64,000 nt of DNA from Woeseiaceae bacterium (GCA_030065915.1 JASJCQ010000018.1:4419-68418); one strand, 5' to 3'. Shown: positions 28,144 to 39,092, counted from the stretch's first letter. Made by a program: numbers and translations. Notes: a model not told the origin generated them from the letters alone.

Positions 28144-30270
28144 TTGGATGGCTACAAGGACTGTGGTTTGAGCTCTCGCGATAGTATCTCTATCGCTGTA
28201 CTAACCGGAAACGAAGACGACGTAGCGCTCGTTAACGGTTCGTTGCGTGATGCCGGGCTGGCTGCTCACTGCCATTGGGTCGAAAACCCCAAGAGCATCG
28301 CCGACACGCTCACCGACGAACAGGTCGAGCTGATCATCCTGAATCTCGACAACTTCAAGGACCCGATCCGGTCCGTTATCAAGCAGAAAGATCGCTTCAA
28401 CCCCGAAGTGCCCGTCATCGCACTGTGCAATGAGGCCGAAGAAGAGGCTATCGAGAACGCGATGCACCAGGGCGCGTCGGATCTCGTGTCCTTCAAGCTG
28501 ATCGGCCGGCTGCAGGCTGTCGTGTCGCGGGAGCTCCGTGCACTGCGCGTCGAACGCGCACTGAACTCGACACTGCAATCGGCGACCGAATACAAGAAGC
28601 AGATTCGCGACTACATGCAGACGTCCAGCAGCGCTATTGCGCTGGTGCAGGACGGCATCGTGCTGGAAGCCAATGCCGAGTGGCTCAAGGTCTTCCGCGT
28701 AGCCGACCTCGATGAAATCGCCGGCCTGCCAGTGATGGACAGCTTCGATGCCGAGAGCCGTGCTGCGATCAAGGGCGCGTTGAACGCCGCCCTCATCGGC
28801 AAGTGGCAGCCCGACGAGAAGCTGGTCGCGAAACCGAGCATCGACGCGAGCGAGATCGGCGACCTGCAACTCGAGCTGTCGCGGGTCGAGTACGACAATG
28901 CGCCATGCGTACAGATACGCATTCCCTCAGAGTCTCTGCGCTCAAACGAACCGACCAAGCTCGTGCACGACGCGCTACAGCGCGACCCGACGACGCTGTT
29001 TTTCCATCGCGCCCAATTCCTCGAACGAATCAAGAAGCGCCTGACGCGCAAGCCTGGATCCGGCCTGCACATGCTGGCCTACATCAAACCGGACAAGTTC
29101 TCCGAGATCAAAGGCAAGGTCGGCGTACTGAACTCCGAGGAGGTCATCGCCCAGTTCTCCGAATTCGTGCGACGCCGCCTGCATCCTCGCGACGTTGCCG
29201 GCCGCTTCGAAGGTACCAGCCTCATGGTCCTGCTCGAGCGAGCGAAAGAACGTGACGGCCAGGTCTGGGGCCAGCAGCTCGCCGACTTCGTCAAGTCGCA
29301 GACCTTCGAGGTCGGCGAGGTCTCGACGCATCTCACTTGCAGTGTCGGCGTCTGTGCCGTCAGCAAGCGCTTTGACAACTTCGAGGAATTTGTCAGCGCC
29401 ACGATCTCGACCTGTGAAGAAGCCCGCAAATCGGGGGGCAGTATGGCCCTCCTGCACGAGGCCGACGAAGAGGATACGAAGCAGAAGGAAATCGACGAGA
29501 CGTGGGCGCGAAAGCTCAAGTTCGCGCTCATGGAGGACCGTTTCCGTCTCGCCCAGTTACCGATCGCCGGCCTGCGCAGCGACGCTGTCGAAATGTTCGA
29601 GCTACTGGTGCGCATGGTCGATCAGGACGGTAACTCTGTCCTGCCGTCGGAGTTCCTGCCTGCCGCTGTACGAACGAACATGATGAAGAGCGTCGATCGC
29701 TGGATCATCAAGGCCTCGCTCGAATTCTGTGAGAAGCACAGCGCAGATCGTGTATTCGTCAAGATGTCGCGCCAGTCGATCGTCGACAAGTCGACGGCGA
29801 CCTGGCTGAAGTCTGAATGCGATGAACGTGGTTTCGACGCATCGCGGCTGGTTGTCCAGGTACCCGAGCGCGACGCGGCTCGCCACATCCGCCAGGCACA
29901 ACACCTGACCAAGGCCTTGAGAAAGATTGGCGTCGGCTTTGCTCTGGAACACTTCGGGACAGCAGACGACAAGTTCCAGATTCTCAACATGCTGAAGCCC
30001 GACTACATCAAGATTGACGGCGAGCTGATGCACTCGCTGATGACGGACAAGGACGTGCAGTCGAAAGTGGAGCTCATCGTCAAGGCGGCAGGTTCTCGCA
30101 ACATCAAAACCGTCGCCGAGCGTGTCGAGAACGCCAACGCGATGGCGGTCCTGTTCCAGCTTGGCATTGATTTCATGCAGGGCCACTACGTACACGAACC
30201 GGAAGTGGTGCTCGAAGACGCCGATGACAGCGTGCAACGCAGGACGCTGGCCCAGTTGATGGCCGGGTAG
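28144..30270 (+). CDS. REC-like / PAS / degenerate GGDEF / degenerate EAL protein (FimX-like c-di-GMP sensor)
   Basis: 708 aa. The GGDEF position reads RFEGTSLMVLL. The EAL position reads FELLVRM (ELL). The DDFGTG position reads EHFGTADD. The domain order and degeneracy match FimX. The TTG start is uncertain. Confidence 0.75.
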   Translation: MDGYKDCGLSSRDSISIAVLTGNEDDVALVNGSLRDAGLAAHCHWVENPKSIADTLTDEQVELIILNLDNFKDPIRSVIKQKDRFNPEVPVIALCNEAEEEAIENAMHQGASDLVSFKLIGRLQAVVSRELRALRVERALNSTLQSATEYKKQIRDYMQTSSSAIALVQDGIVLEANAEWLKVFRVADLDEIAGLPVMDSFDAESRAAIKGALNAALIGKWQPDEKLVAKPSIDASEIGDLQLELSRVEYDNAPCVQIRIPSESLRSNEPTKLVHDALQRDPTTLFFHRAQFLERIKKRLTRKPGSGLHMLAYIKPDKFSEIKGKVGVLNSEEVIAQFSEFVRRRLHPRDVAGRFEGTSLMVLLERAKERDGQVWGQQLADFVKSQTFEVGEVSTHLTCSVGVCAVSKRFDNFEEFVSATISTCEEARKSGGSMALLHEADEEDTKQKEIDETWARKLKFALMEDRFRLAQLPIAGLRSDAVEMFELLVRMVDQDGNSVLPSEFLPAAVRTNMMKSVDRWIIKASLEFCEKHSADRVFVKMSRQSIVDKSTATWLKSECDERGFDASRLVVQVPERDAARHIRQAQHLTKALRKIGVGFALEHFGTADDKFQILNMLKPDYIKIDGELMHSLMTDKDVQSKVELIVKAAGSRNIKTVAERVENANAMAVLFQLGIDFMQGHYVHEPEVVLEDADDSVQRRTLAQLMAG

Positions 30271-30415
30271 AACCAAAGCCCGGTCGGCGCCAAAGTGTGA
30301 ACTGCGTCACACTTCGCTTATGGAACCAGCCGCTTTAGACCGTGAGCCGGGGCTCGTAGAATGACGGTTCTAATCTGCCAGCACGGACCCGGTAGCGCCC
30401 GGACTATGACCTAAG

Positions 30416-32581
30416 GTGAGCAAAGTGACCAAGCCCAGATTCAAAGCCGGTCGAACGGCGACAAAGAATGCACTATTCCCCGCGCTCTTCGCAGTCGGCG
30501 GCAGCATGGCCGCGGGCTCAGCGGCCGCGCTGGAACTGGGCGAGATCCAGGTGGAATCAAGCCTTGGCCAGCCGCTCCGCGCGAGTATCGCCTACGCACT
30601 GGGTCCGAACGAAGAGCTTCAGAACTACTGCGTGTCAATGTCCGGCGCGGCGTCGAGCAGCGGACTGCCGACCATCAGCGGCGCACGTATCGAGATTGGC
30701 GACGGCCTGATTACGTTAACCAGTCGGCAGCCGATCCGGGAACCGATGGTCTCCACGCGTCTGACGGTCAATTGCCCTTACACGCCGAACATCACTCGCG
30801 AATACACGATGTTCCTGAGCCCACCCGGGCTGGAAACGGCCGCCACAGCGAGACGCACGCAGCAATCGGCACCGAGTACGCCAGCCGCGAACCCGGTGCG
30901 GCCACAACCGGCACGGCCGACAGTTGCAACCCGGCCACCGGCTCCCGCTATCGAGCAGGGCTCCAGCTATCGCGTACAGCCCGGCGAGTCGTTGTCGGAG
31001 ATAGCTCAGCGCATTGAGAACCGCCAGATCCGCCTGTGGCCCGCGGTCAATGCCCTGTTTGAGGCTAACCCGAGCGCCTTCATCGGCGCAGACCCGAACC
31101 GCCTCAAAGCCGGCAGCATCCTGACCATCCCCACCTTTGTGGGCGACGAGGTGGCAAACTTTGCCGCAACGACGCCGGCCGTCGATGAGAACACCACGAG
31201 AGCCGGCGAGCGCAGTGCCGGGACGAACGGCTACGGCGCTCCTGAAGTCAGCACGTCAACCGAAACCGCTACCGGCGCGACGCAGACGACAGCAATCGTG
31301 CCCGCCGCCGAAGACCCTTCGGCGTCCGAGACACAGGCCTTGATCGAGGCCGGCCTTGAGGCTGCGAACTCCGAACAGCCGGCTGAACCCGCCGCCTCGA
31401 CGGACGCAGCTGCAGAAGCGACCGGAAGCACAACGTCCGTCGTCATCCCGGACACCACGATCGACGATCCGATACCGGCAGCGTCGACGCCGAATCGCAG
31501 CGTCGCCCGCATTCAGCCTGCTGCAGTGCCGGTCGAACCCGAGACCAACTGGTCGCTGTGGGTAGCCGGCGGTGGCGCACTGCTGATCGCAGGTCTTCTG
31601 CTGTTCGGTCGTCGCCTGCGTGACCAGTTCGGTTCGACGCCAATTGGCTCGCCGTCAGAAGTCCCGGCTCGCCGCGCGACTGACCCAACCGAGACCCTGA
31701 CGCCCGTCGACCTGCCCGTCGTCGAAGCCATCGACATCGACGATGACAGCCCTACCGACCAGAATCTCGCGCTGGATGCGAGCCTCGGACTCGGTCACGA
31801 CCTCGACGGCGGCGTCGACGTCGATTTCAGCGAGAACGGCGGTCTGGACGGCACAACGAGACTCGATATCGAGTTGCCGGCATCTGATGAGGGAGAGACA
31901 GACGTCATCTCGCCGCCGCATATCGATACATCCAATATTCTCGAGAGCGAGGTGCTGCCGGAGGACGACGACTACGACATGTCTGTCATCATGGACATGA
32001 CGAAGATGCCGCGTCCTGAGGACGTCACCGAGAAAGACCTCAAAGCCATCGAAGTCAGCACACTCGACGAAAGCAGCACAGACGGCAGCTACACGATGAA
32101 TGACGAGGTCGACTACGACATCCTCGAGCAGGATTACCAGGACGAGCTGACGGCGACGCAGGCCTTGAACCTCGAGATCGAGAAGGCGGCGCAAGAACTC
32201 ACCAAGCGACTCGAGGATGACGACACGTCCTCCACGGGCATCCAGATCGCCGACGTCGAGGAGCTCGACATCACGGCAGAGATGCGGGCGAAGAACGACG
32301 AAACCTTAAGCGACCTGGACGACACGAACGTCAACGAAGCACTCCAGCTGCCGGAAGACGACACGGAGAAGCTCGTCGCTGTGGAAAAGACGGAAGAACT
32401 GCCGACGGCCAGTAGCGACACGACGACCGTTGAGATGCCGCGACGAGCCGAAGTATCGTCAGATGACGACCTCGACGCGATCACGTCCGACGGCGATCAC
32501 ACTGTCGAGATCATCACGCGTGACGACGACACGGTTGAAATGGAAGTCGAAGGCGGCCGTGTCAACACGAAGAGCCGCTAG
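30416..32581 (+). CDS. second FimV-like LysM protein lacking the FimV C-terminal motif
   Basis: 721 aa. Has the FimV N-terminal motif LELGEIQVESSLGQPLRASIAY, a LysM-like YRVQPGESLSEIAQRI, the TM WSLWVAGGGALLIAGLLLF and an acidic tail. It has no C-terminal LDLARAY..GD motif. GTG start. Confidence 0.75.
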   Translation: MSKVTKPRFKAGRTATKNALFPALFAVGGSMAAGSAAALELGEIQVESSLGQPLRASIAYALGPNEELQNYCVSMSGAASSSGLPTISGARIEIGDGLITLTSRQPIREPMVSTRLTVNCPYTPNITREYTMFLSPPGLETAATARRTQQSAPSTPAANPVRPQPARPTVATRPPAPAIEQGSSYRVQPGESLSEIAQRIENRQIRLWPAVNALFEANPSAFIGADPNRLKAGSILTIPTFVGDEVANFAATTPAVDENTTRAGERSAGTNGYGAPEVSTSTETATGATQTTAIVPAAEDPSASETQALIEAGLEAANSEQPAEPAASTDAAAEATGSTTSVVIPDTTIDDPIPAASTPNRSVARIQPAAVPVEPETNWSLWVAGGGALLIAGLLLFGRRLRDQFGSTPIGSPSEVPARRATDPTETLTPVDLPVVEAIDIDDDSPTDQNLALDASLGLGHDLDGGVDVDFSENGGLDGTTRLDIELPASDEGETDVISPPHIDTSNILESEVLPEDDDYDMSVIMDMTKMPRPEDVTEKDLKAIEVSTLDESSTDGSYTMNDEVDYDILEQDYQDELTATQALNLEIEKAAQELTKRLEDDDTSSTGIQIADVEELDITAEMRAKNDETLSDLDDTNVNEALQLPEDDTEKLVAVEKTEELPTASSDTTTVEMPRRAEVSSDDDLDAITSDGDHTVEIITRDDDTVEMEVEGGRVNTKSR

Positions 32582-32619
32582 CCCGAATATCTGACCGATT
32601 CGTGGGTAAGGTCGGTCAG
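32578..32619. repeat. solo copy of the REP-like motif between convergent genes
   Basis: ctagcccgaatatctgaccgattcgtgggtaaggtcggtcag is near-identical to 7211-7252. It contains an 8-bp hairpin ctgaccga/tcggtcag. It spans the TAG of the FimV-like gene and reaches the parC stop. Confidence 0.7.
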
Positions 32620-34868
32620 TCTTTCGAGACGCCCTCGAGTCGATCGACCTTGCGCCAGCCCTGCGGCAACAGGCTGCCGCGCAGCGCCCTGTCACCGTAG
32701 TAGTGGTCGGTGTCGTTCCACTTGATCGTCATGACGCGTTTGCCGCTGTGCACCAGCAGATCGCCCTCTTCGGGGACCACGGCGGCAGCCACGAGCTTCT
32801 CTTCGCCGGCCTGGTACTTCTTGGTCGGAATATTGATGAGCTTGTTGCCCTTGCCCTTCGCCAGTTCAGGCAGCTCATCCATCTCGAACAGCAACAGGCG
32901 ACCGATGGAGCTGACTGCAGCAATCAGGCATTCCTTGCCAACCGGTACGGGCGCCGGAACGACGGGCCGGCCCCCTTTTGGCACCCGGAGCACCGCCTTG
33001 CCTGCCTTGTTGCGCGACACCAGGTCCGACAGCGAGCAGACGAAGCCGTAGCCGGCATCGCTCGCGAGTAAGTATTTCTGCTCCGACTCGCCGATCATGG
33101 CACCGCAGAACGCGGCGCCGTCCGGCGGCTTGAATCGTCCCGACAAGGGCTCGCCCTGCCCGCGAGCAGACGGCAGCGTGTGCGCGATCACGCTGTAAAC
33201 CCGCCCGGTGCTGTCGATGAACATGGCCAGCTGGTTGCTGCGGCCCTGCGCGGATGCAAGATAAGCATCGCCCGACTTGTAGCTCAGTGTCTTTGCATCG
33301 ATTTCATGGCCCTTGGCCGCACGAGCATAGCCGCGCTTCGACAGCACGACGGTGACGGGCTCGCTGGATACAAGCTGGGTTTCGTCGAGCGCCTGCGCCG
33401 CCTCGCGTTCGACGATCTCGGTGCGACGCTCGTCGCCGTAAGCCTCGGCGTCCTCGAGAATTTCCTTCTTGATCAGCGTTTTCAGTCGTGCGGCGCTCTT
33501 GAGCGTCTTCTCCAGCCAGTCGCGTTCGGCGCTGAGTTCGTCCTGCTCGCCGCGGATCTTCATCTCTTCGAGCTTCGCGAGATTGCGGAGCCTCAAGTTG
33601 AGGATGGCCTCTGCCTGCACGTCCGACAGCTTGAACCGCTTCATCAGCACCGGCTTCGGCTTATCTTCCGAGCGAATGATCGCGATGACCTCATCGATAT
33701 TCAGGAACGCAACCAGCAGACCGTCGAGGATATGCAAACGGTCGAGCACGATCTGCAGGCGATGGCCCAGGCGGCTCTTGACGGTTTCGCGACGGAATTT
33801 CAGCCACTCCGACAGCAGATCGACGAGGTTGAAGCCCCGCGGCCGCCCTGACAGGTCGATGATGTTCATATTGACGCGTACCGTGCGCTCCAGCGACGTC
33901 GTCGAGAACAGGTGCGACATCAGCTGGTCCACGTCGACATTCCTCGACTTCGGACTGATGACGAGCCGGGTCGGCTCCTCGTGATCCGATTCGTCACGAA
34001 GGTCGTCGACCTGCGGCAGTTTCTTGTTGCGCATCTGCGCCGCGATCTGTTCCAGCACTTTGGCGCCTGAGATCTGGTGCGGCAACGACGTGATGACGAT
34101 GTCGTTTTTCTCGCGGTGGTAAGCGGCGCGGAGTCGCAGTGTCCCGCCACCCGTCTCGTAGATCTCACGGATCTCGTCCGCCGGGGAAACCAGCTCACCG
34201 CCAGTCGGGAAGTCCGGCCCGCGGATGTGCTTCATCAGATCCCGGACAGTAGCCTTTGGTTTGTCGATCAGGTGTACCAGTGCACTGGCCACTTCATTGA
34301 GGTTGTGCGGCGGCACGTCGGTAGACAGTCCGACAGCGATGCCGGTCGTACCGTTTAAGAGCAGGTTCGGCAGCCTCGCCGGCAGAACGACGGGCTCTTC
34401 GAGCGTGCCGTCAAAGTTGGGCGCCCAGTCGACGGTGCCCATCGCAACTTCTGACAGCAGGCTTTTAGCGTACGGCGCGAGACGAGACTCGGTGTAGCGC
34501 ATTGCCGCGAATGACTTTGGATCGTCGGTGGAACCGAAGTTGCCCTGCCCATCGATGATCGGATACCGGTAAGAAAAGGACTGGGCCATCAGCACCATGG
34601 CCTCGTAACACGCCGAGTCGCCGTGCGGATGGAATTTGCCGATCACGTCTCCGATCGTGCGCGCCGATTTCTTCGGCTTGGAACCTGCAGACAGGCCCAG
34701 TTCCGACATCGCGTAGATGATGCGACGCTGGACCGGCTTCAAGCCATCGCCGATCTGTGGCAAGGCGCGATCGAGAATGACGTACATCGAGTAATCGAGG
34801 TAGGCCTTCTCCGTGTATTCACGCAGCGGAAGCTGTTCGACGCCCTCCAGGTTCAGTTCGTTCTGCAT
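32616..34868 (-). CDS. parC: DNA topoisomerase IV subunit A
   Basis: 750 aa. Has [12 protein letters not shown] and the active-site Tyr in AAMRYTE. Adjacent to parE. Confidence 0.93.
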   Translation of the reverse strand: MQNELNLEGVEQLPLREYTEKAYLDYSMYVILDRALPQIGDGLKPVQRRIIYAMSELGLSAGSKPKKSARTIGDVIGKFHPHGDSACYEAMVLMAQSFSYRYPIIDGQGNFGSTDDPKSFAAMRYTESRLAPYAKSLLSEVAMGTVDWAPNFDGTLEEPVVLPARLPNLLLNGTTGIAVGLSTDVPPHNLNEVASALVHLIDKPKATVRDLMKHIRGPDFPTGGELVSPADEIREIYETGGGTLRLRAAYHREKNDIVITSLPHQISGAKVLEQIAAQMRNKKLPQVDDLRDESDHEEPTRLVISPKSRNVDVDQLMSHLFSTTSLERTVRVNMNIIDLSGRPRGFNLVDLLSEWLKFRRETVKSRLGHRLQIVLDRLHILDGLLVAFLNIDEVIAIIRSEDKPKPVLMKRFKLSDVQAEAILNLRLRNLAKLEEMKIRGEQDELSAERDWLEKTLKSAARLKTLIKKEILEDAEAYGDERRTEIVEREAAQALDETQLVSSEPVTVVLSKRGYARAAKGHEIDAKTLSYKSGDAYLASAQGRSNQLAMFIDSTGRVYSVIAHTLPSARGQGEPLSGRFKPPDGAAFCGAMIGESEQKYLLASDAGYGFVCSLSDLVSRNKAGKAVLRVPKGGRPVVPAPVPVGKECLIAAVSSIGRLLLFEMDELPELAKGKGNKLINIPTKKYQAGEEKLVAAAVVPEEGDLLVHSGKRVMTIKWNDTDHYYGDRALRGSLLPQGWRKVDRLEGVSKD

Positions 34869-34986
34869 TCCAGAGTCCTGTTCGGTGTGTTACCTGATCT
34901 CAGAGTCTTGATATTCGTCATGACAAGGTGCATTCCGCCGCCAACGCTTAGACCCGGGCAACGGGTGCGACACGGCGCAAGGCACA

Positions 34987-36873
34987 TCAGACCTCGGCAA
35001 GGTTGCCCTTCTTCTCGAGCCACGCGCGCCGGTCTTTGGCGCGCTTTTTGGCCAGCAACTTGTCCATTAATTCAAATGTGTTGTCACGCCCGCTAACGGT
35101 CAGCTGCACGAGCCGCCGTGTGTCGCGGTTCATCGTCGTTTCCCTGAGCTGTGCCGGACTCATCTCGCCCAGGCCCTTGAAACGCGTGACGGCGACTTTG
35201 CCGCGCATCTTCTCCGCTTCTATCCGGTTGAGGATGCCCTTGCGCTCGCCGTCGTCCAGCGCGTAGAAAACCTCCTTGCCGACATCGATGCGATACAGCG
35301 GCGGCATCGCGATGTAGACGTGGCCGGACAGCACCAGCTCGCGAAAGTGCTGCAGGAACAGCGCACACAGCAGCGTCGCGATATGCGCGCCGTCGGAATC
35401 GGCGTCCGCCAGGATGCAGACCTTGTGATAGCGCAGGCCGTCGATGTTATCGGACCCGGGGTCGACGCCGAGCGCGACACTGATGTCGTGGACCTCTTGT
35501 GACGCGAGTATCTCGGCCGTATCGACCTCCCACGTGTTCAGGATCTTGCCGCGCAGCGGCATGATCGCCTGCGTATTGCGATCGCGGGCTTGCTTCGCGG
35601 ATCCGCCCGCCGAATCGCCCTCGACCAGAAAAATCTCACAGAACTCAGGGTCCTGCGATGTGCAGTCCGCGAGCTTGCCGGGCAGCGCCGGCCCCGACAC
35701 GACTTTCTTTCGAACGACTTTCTTCGCCGCCTTCAGCCGGCGCTGCGCCTTGTTGATCGCGAGCTGGGCGATCTGGTCGCCGGTCTCGGGATGCTGATTC
35801 AGCCAGATGGCAAACTCGTCCTTGACGACGCCGGAGATGAACGCCGCCGATTCCCTGGACGACAGGCGTTCCTTGGTTTGCCCCGAGAACTGCGGATCCT
35901 CGATCTTTGTGCTCAGCACGAAGTTGAGACCGTCCCAGACATCCTCCGGCGCGATGGAGACGCCGCGCGGCAGCAAGTTACGGAAGTCGCAGAATTCCCG
36001 AATCGCGTTGGTGAGCCCTGTTCGCAGCCCGTTCACGTGTGTGCCGCCCTGCGCCGTCGGGATCAGGTTGACGTAACTCTCAGTGATCGCCTGGCCGCCC
36101 TCCGCCTGCCAGACCAGCGCCCAGTCAACACCCTCACTATCAGTACTGATCGATCCCGAAAACGGTTCTGCCGGAAGCAGCTCACCGCCGCCGGTCGCCT
36201 CGAGCAGGTATTCTTCGAGACCGCCCGCATAGCACCATTCGACTTTCTCCTGCGGCTTCTCGACTTTCAGTCGCACCCGTAAGCCCGGGCACAAGACGGC
36301 CTTCGCGCGAAGCGCGTGTTTCAGACGAGACACGGAGATCTTGGCGGAATCGAAATACTGAGCGTCCGGCCAGAAACGAATCGTCGTACCGGTGTTGGCC
36401 TTGCCTACTTTTCCGACGACTTCCAGCTTGCCGCGCTTTTTACCGCCGGCGAAGCTCATGTTGTACTCCTTCGCGTCGCGCCGGATCCAGACCTCGAGGT
36501 TCTTCGATAACGCATTGACAACCGAGACGCCGACGCCGTGCAGGCCGCCCGAGAACTGGTAGTTCTTGTTGGAGAATTTTCCGCCGGCGTGCAGACGCGT
36601 CAGGATCAACTCGACCCCGGGCATTTTCTCTTTCGGATGGATATCGACCGGCATGCCTCGACCATCGTCGGACACTTCCAGCGAACCGTCGGAGAAAATC
36701 GTCACGTCGATCTTCTTCGCGTAACCCGCAAGCGCTTCGTCGACGCTGTTGTCGATAATCTCGTGGGCCAGGTGGTTTGGCCGGGTTGTATCGGTGTACA
36801 TACCCGGTCGGCGACGCACAGGCTCAAGCCCGCTCAGGACCTCAATGTCCGCAGCGTCGTATCGTCTGCTCAT
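34987..36873 (-). CDS. parE: DNA topoisomerase IV subunit B
   Basis: Start taken at MSRRYDAADIEVLSGLEPVRRRPGMYT. Has a GHKL ATPase domain and a Toprim domain with EGDSAGG. Confidence 0.93.
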   Translation of the reverse strand: MSRRYDAADIEVLSGLEPVRRRPGMYTDTTRPNHLAHEIIDNSVDEALAGYAKKIDVTIFSDGSLEVSDDGRGMPVDIHPKEKMPGVELILTRLHAGGKFSNKNYQFSGGLHGVGVSVVNALSKNLEVWIRRDAKEYNMSFAGGKKRGKLEVVGKVGKANTGTTIRFWPDAQYFDSAKISVSRLKHALRAKAVLCPGLRVRLKVEKPQEKVEWCYAGGLEEYLLEATGGGELLPAEPFSGSISTDSEGVDWALVWQAEGGQAITESYVNLIPTAQGGTHVNGLRTGLTNAIREFCDFRNLLPRGVSIAPEDVWDGLNFVLSTKIEDPQFSGQTKERLSSRESAAFISGVVKDEFAIWLNQHPETGDQIAQLAINKAQRRLKAAKKVVRKKVVSGPALPGKLADCTSQDPEFCEIFLVEGDSAGGSAKQARDRNTQAIMPLRGKILNTWEVDTAEILASQEVHDISVALGVDPGSDNIDGLRYHKVCILADADSDGAHIATLLCALFLQHFRELVLSGHVYIAMPPLYRIDVGKEVFYALDDGERKGILNRIEAEKMRGKVAVTRFKGLGEMSPAQLRETTMNRDTRRLVQLTVSGRDNTFELMDKLLAKKRAKDRRAWLEKKGNLAEV

Positions 36874-36956
36874 AGGAAAGAAATAGGTCGGGTGGTTTTC
36901 AAAGCGAAAAGTGTAGCCTGAAAAATCCGCCGCTGCACGCAGCACGTGCGGTCATA

Positions 36957-38810
36957 CTAGCGACAGAACACGGTCCCGTTTTCCCTCTCGCCGCAGAAAT
37001 CGTTCCAGCCGTATTCGCGCCAGTAACGAACCAGTCCCATATCATCGACGAGGCTCGCAAATTCTTCGCTCTTACGGACGTCGTCGAACAACGGATACCA
37101 GAAGATCCACCAATCGGAAGAGCGTCGAAAGGTGTTAAGTACGAGATCGCTGTCGCCGTAGTAACCCGCGAAAACAGCAACGAGGTAATCGTTGTTGGCA
37201 CCCTGCTGATAGATGCTGTCCAGCAGCGCAAGCGAGCGTTCGCGGTCTCCATGCAACTCGCGCAATCGCACCAGCACGTTCGATGCCTGCGGAGAGACAG
37301 ACTCGATTGCCCGTGAATACCAGGTCTGTATCAGTTCGACGTTGTCCAGCTCGAGCGCGGCCACCAGGCCCTCGAGGCTGACACCAGCAGGCAGTGCGTT
37401 ATCGACGAAGGCTGCCTCCATCAGCTCGAGCGCTGCAGCCGGCTGCTGATCGACCACAAGGCTGTGGCCGAGGTAGAGCAGAGCTTCCGAGCGCTTGGGG
37501 TCGACAACTGCATTCTCGCGCTGCAGCACGAGGGCGTCATCGACGTGACCCGTCTTCAGTATCATGTCGATGTACGAACCTGAACGAGACAGCGGAATCG
37601 GTATGTCGGCGCTGGCGAGCTGATCGAAGTAGGCCCGGGCCGAAAAAAAGTCGCCTGCTACGATCTCGAGATACGCCGCGGTTTGCAGAACGATCGATGA
37701 GCGAGGCGCCAGTTGCAGCGCGCGATCGATAGCCTGCCGAGCCAGCGCCTCGTTGCTGTTCCAGAACTCGATGCCTATCGTCAGCCTTGCGAACAGGTAA
37801 GCGGATGCGAGACGTTCCCAAGCAATCGCGTAGGAAGGGTCCAGTTCGGTCGCCTCGCGATACATTTCGATCGATTCGAGGGCGCCTTGCGTCGTCCCAT
37901 CCTTGTATCTCGCATTGCCCAGGAGCACGAGCCGATGAGCCTCGATGTTCGTCGTGTTGCCAGTGTAGCGAGTTCGTTCGCCTACATTCAGCCGCAGGCT
38001 AAGCGCCTTCGCGACGTTCTCCGCGATCTCCTCCTGGATGAAGAAGATCTCGGCCTGTCGCCGGTCGAACGTCTCGGACCACAGGTGGAAACCATCGGAC
38101 ACGTCGATCAGCTGCGCGGTGACCCGGAGCATCTCGTCGGACAGTCGAACGCTGCCCTCCAGTACATGCGATACGTTGAGCTGACGGCCGATGCTCCGCA
38201 GGTCCTCGTTGCGGCCCTTGAAATAGAATGACGACGTTCGACCGGTTACGCGCAATCCGTCCAGCTTCACCAGCTGGTTAATCAGTTCCTCGGTGATGCC
38301 GTCGGCGAAATACTCCTGGTCGCCCGCCTCGCTCATGTCCACGAACGGCAATACGGCGATCGAGCGATCTTCCATAACCACCGGTTCCGCTGGCCGAATC
38401 GCCCAGACAGCCAGCATGACCACCGCCAGAAACGCTGCGGCCACCATGCCGTATCGCCGCCAAGCCGGCCCGCCAGCGCTGCTCTCCGGCTGAGGTCTCG
38501 CCGACTGCATCAGCCGGAACCCCCTGCGGGGAATCGTCTCGATGTAGGCGGGCGTCTTCGCTGAATCGCCAAAGGCTCGACGCAGCTCCGCAATGCTGTG
38601 TGTCAGGACGTCGTCCGTGACGTCACTGTTCGGCCACACGGATGCGAACAGCCGATCGCGAGATACCACGGAGCCCTCCGCATCCAGCAGGCACTCCAGT
38701 ACCCGCATCGATTTCGGCTTGATACGGACAGTCTGCGCGTCACTTTCGACGACGCATCGTTCGATATCGACAATAAACTCCCCGACGATCAATCGGGTCT
38801 CCAGCGGCAT
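36957..38810 (-). CDS. membrane-anchored ToxR/CadC-like winged-helix regulator with periplasmic TolB-N-like and TPR region
   Basis: 617 aa. The N-terminal OmpR/PhoB-type DNA-binding domain reads KPKSMRVLECLL...ETIPRRGFRL. The TM is YGMVAAAFLAVVMLAVWAI. Then come SIAVLPFVDMS...YFADGITEELI and TPR-like repeats. Confidence 0.75.
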   Translation of the reverse strand: MPLETRLIVGEFIVDIERCVVESDAQTVRIKPKSMRVLECLLDAEGSVVSRDRLFASVWPNSDVTDDVLTHSIAELRRAFGDSAKTPAYIETIPRRGFRLMQSARPQPESSAGGPAWRRYGMVAAAFLAVVMLAVWAIRPAEPVVMEDRSIAVLPFVDMSEAGDQEYFADGITEELINQLVKLDGLRVTGRTSSFYFKGRNEDLRSIGRQLNVSHVLEGSVRLSDEMLRVTAQLIDVSDGFHLWSETFDRRQAEIFFIQEEIAENVAKALSLRLNVGERTRYTGNTTNIEAHRLVLLGNARYKDGTTQGALESIEMYREATELDPSYAIAWERLASAYLFARLTIGIEFWNSNEALARQAIDRALQLAPRSSIVLQTAAYLEIVAGDFFSARAYFDQLASADIPIPLSRSGSYIDMILKTGHVDDALVLQRENAVVDPKRSEALLYLGHSLVVDQQPAAALELMEAAFVDNALPAGVSLEGLVAALELDNVELIQTWYSRAIESVSPQASNVLVRLRELHGDRERSLALLDSIYQQGANNDYLVAVFAGYYGDSDLVLNTFRRSSDWWIFWYPLFDDVRKSEEFASLVDDMGLVRYWREYGWNDFCGERENGTVFCR

Positions 38811-38852
38811 TGAAGGCGGCCTCCAGGTTAGCCCGGTGCCGCCGAAACGGCA

Positions 38853-39092
38853 CTAGGCGCAGATGTATCGCTCGCGGTTGCGGGGAATACCATGTCGATC
38901 CGGCTTGCCGATGGCATCGACGATAATCCGACCGCCGCGGGCATTGCAACGCGTTCGATCGTATTTGAACCGCTCCGCATACTCGAAGTTCCGATATTGA
39001 CGTTCCTCAAGCCGGTCGGCCGGCAAGCTCGCGCAACCGCCTAGTATCAGCAGTCCCAGTACGGCGGCAATCCTGTTTATAAACGTGTTCAA
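38853..39092 (-). CDS. small hypothetical lipoprotein
   Basis: 79 aa. The signal peptide has the lipobox LGGC. I recognise no family. Confidence 0.55.
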   Translation of the reverse strand: MNTFINRIAAVLGLLILGGCASLPADRLEERQYRNFEYAERFKYDRTRCNARGGRIIVDAIGKPDRHGIPRNRERYICA

